Source of the DNA: Azolla caroliniana
Taxonomy: Eukaryota > Plantae > Polypodiophyta
Length of the DNA stretch: 64,000 bases
NCBI GenBank assembly: GCA_043228905.1
Contig: JBHGNT010000145.1
Span: 1 to 64,000, forward strand
Direction: 5' to 3'
This document shows, piece by piece, positions 62,401 to 64,000 of this stretch; the stretch's first letter is position 1, and the number at the start of each line of letters is the position of its first letter. The notes under the pieces are model-generated. The model did no database searches. It was given only the letters and a program-made list of their open reading frames with translations, and was not told the origin of the DNA. A program made the position numbers and the translations under genes.

Positions 62401-64000
62401 ACCTAGCGTTGTTAGCTTCAATTCGAATGTTTGTACACAAAAATCCGATATCACACTCGCTAGGTATGAACATTTTAATTTACTCAAGGGCTCCTCTCAA
62501 CTCACTCCTCAAATTTGCTAATTTCGTCATTTCTCTCGACCTGAGTTTCAAAATCTTGATTTTTTAACTCCATATCATAGCTAGCGTTGTTAGCTTCGAT
62601 TCGCATGTTTGAACACAAAAATCCGATATCACACTCGCCAGGTATGAACATTTTAATTTACTCAAGGCCTCCTCTGAACTCCCTCCTCATGGTTGCTAAT
62701 TTCGTCGTGTCTCTCGACCTGAGTTTTATAATCTTGATTTTTTAATTCCATTTCATAGCTAGCGTTGTTAGCTTCGATTCACATGTTTGAACACAAAAAT
62801 CCGATATCACACGAGCCAGGTATGAACATATTAATTTACTCAAGGCCTCCTCTAAACTCCCTCCTCATGTTTGCTAATTTCGTCATGTCTCTCGACCTGA
62901 GTTTCAAAATCTTGATTTTTTAATTCCATATCACAGCTAGCGTGGTTAGCTTCGATTCGCATGATTGAATACAAAAATCCGATATCACACGAGCTAGGTA
63001 TGAACATTTTAATTTACTCAAGGCCTCCTGTGAACTCCCTCCTCATGTTTGCTAATTTGGTCATGTCTCTCGACTTGAGTTTCAAAATCTTGATTTTTTT
63101 AATTCCATATCATACCTAGCGTTGTTAGCTTCAATTCGCATGTTTGTACACAAAAATCCGATATCACACTCGGTAGGTATGAACATTTTAATGTACTCAA
63201 GGGCTCCTCTCAACTCACTCCTCAAATTTGGTAATTTCGTCATTTCTCTCGACCTGAGTTTCAAAATCTTGATTTTTTAACTCCATATCATAGCTAGCGT
63301 TGTTAGCTTCGATTCGCATGTTTGAACACAAAAATCCGATATCACACTCGCCAGGTATGAACATTTTAATTTACTCAAGGCCTCCTCTGAACTCCCTCCT
63401 CATGGTTGCTAATTTCGTCGTGTCTCTCGACCTGAGTTTTATAATCTTGATTTTTTAATCCCATTTCATGGCTAGCGTTGTTAGCTTCGATTCGCATGTT
63501 TGAACACAAAAATCCGATATCACACTCGCTAGGTATGAACCTTTTAATTTACTCAAGGCCTCCTCTGAACTCCCTCCTCATGTTTGCTAATTTCGTCATG
63601 TCTCTCGACCTGAGTTTCAAAATCTTGATTTTTTAATTCCATATTATCAATAGCGTTGTTAGCTTCGATTCGCATGTTTGAACACAAAAATCCGATATCA
63701 CACGAGCCAGGTATGAACATTTTAATTTACTCAAGGCCTCCTTTGAACTCCCTCCTCATGTTTGCTAATTTCGTCATGTCTCTCGACCTGAGTTTTAAAA
63801 TCTTGATTTTTTAATTCCATATCATACCTAACGTTGTTAGCTTCGATTCGCGTGTCTGTACACAAAAATCCGATATCACACTCGCTAGGTATGAACATTT
63901 TAATTTACTCAAGGGCTCCTCTGAACTCCCTCCTCATGTTTGCTAATTTCGTCATGTCTCTCGACCTGAGTTTCAAAATCTTGATTTTTTAAACACATAT
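56492..64000. repeat. 178-bp tandem satellite array, right arm (about 42 monomers), same orientation, more diverged
   Basis: Same monomer resumes in register after the TSD. Contains a local 6-mer duplication (AAAACATATC at about 57969/59037, 1068 bp) and an 8-mer duplication (GTTTAAAAA 1413 bp apart at about 60952/62365). Confidence 0.97.

Overview
Eukaryotic centromere-type chromatin. About 58 kb of the window is a head-to-tail 178-bp satellite (about 285 monomers at 1-50704, about 42 at 56492-64000). It has layered higher-order structure: 16/13-mers at the left, a long 8-mer (1424 bp) HOR domain built from two interleaved variants, 24-mer and 11-mer tandem duplications, then a more heterogeneous mosaic. 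The array is interrupted by one intact, very young Ty3/Gypsy chromovirus (50705-56491; TG..CA LTRs of 459 and 493 bp; CTCTC target-site duplication; gag plus -1 frameshifted PR-RT-RH-IN-chromodomain pol; Tf1/sushi/Tcn1-like). The LTR combines four notable features. (i) There is no tRNA PBS; instead a 12-nt perfect complement of the predicted transcript 5' end suggests Tf1-type self-priming. (ii) An antisense tRNA-like A-box/B-box module fills the first 71 bp of each LTR and points outward into the satellite. (iii) Ten in-phase nGAAn pentamers form a heat-shock element abutting the TATA box. (iv) A (TC)n tract differs by 34 bp between otherwise near-identical LTRs. Empty-site paralogues of the insertion point are present downstream in the array. 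The host cannot be identified from the sequence; a non-seed plant or alga is a guess only.
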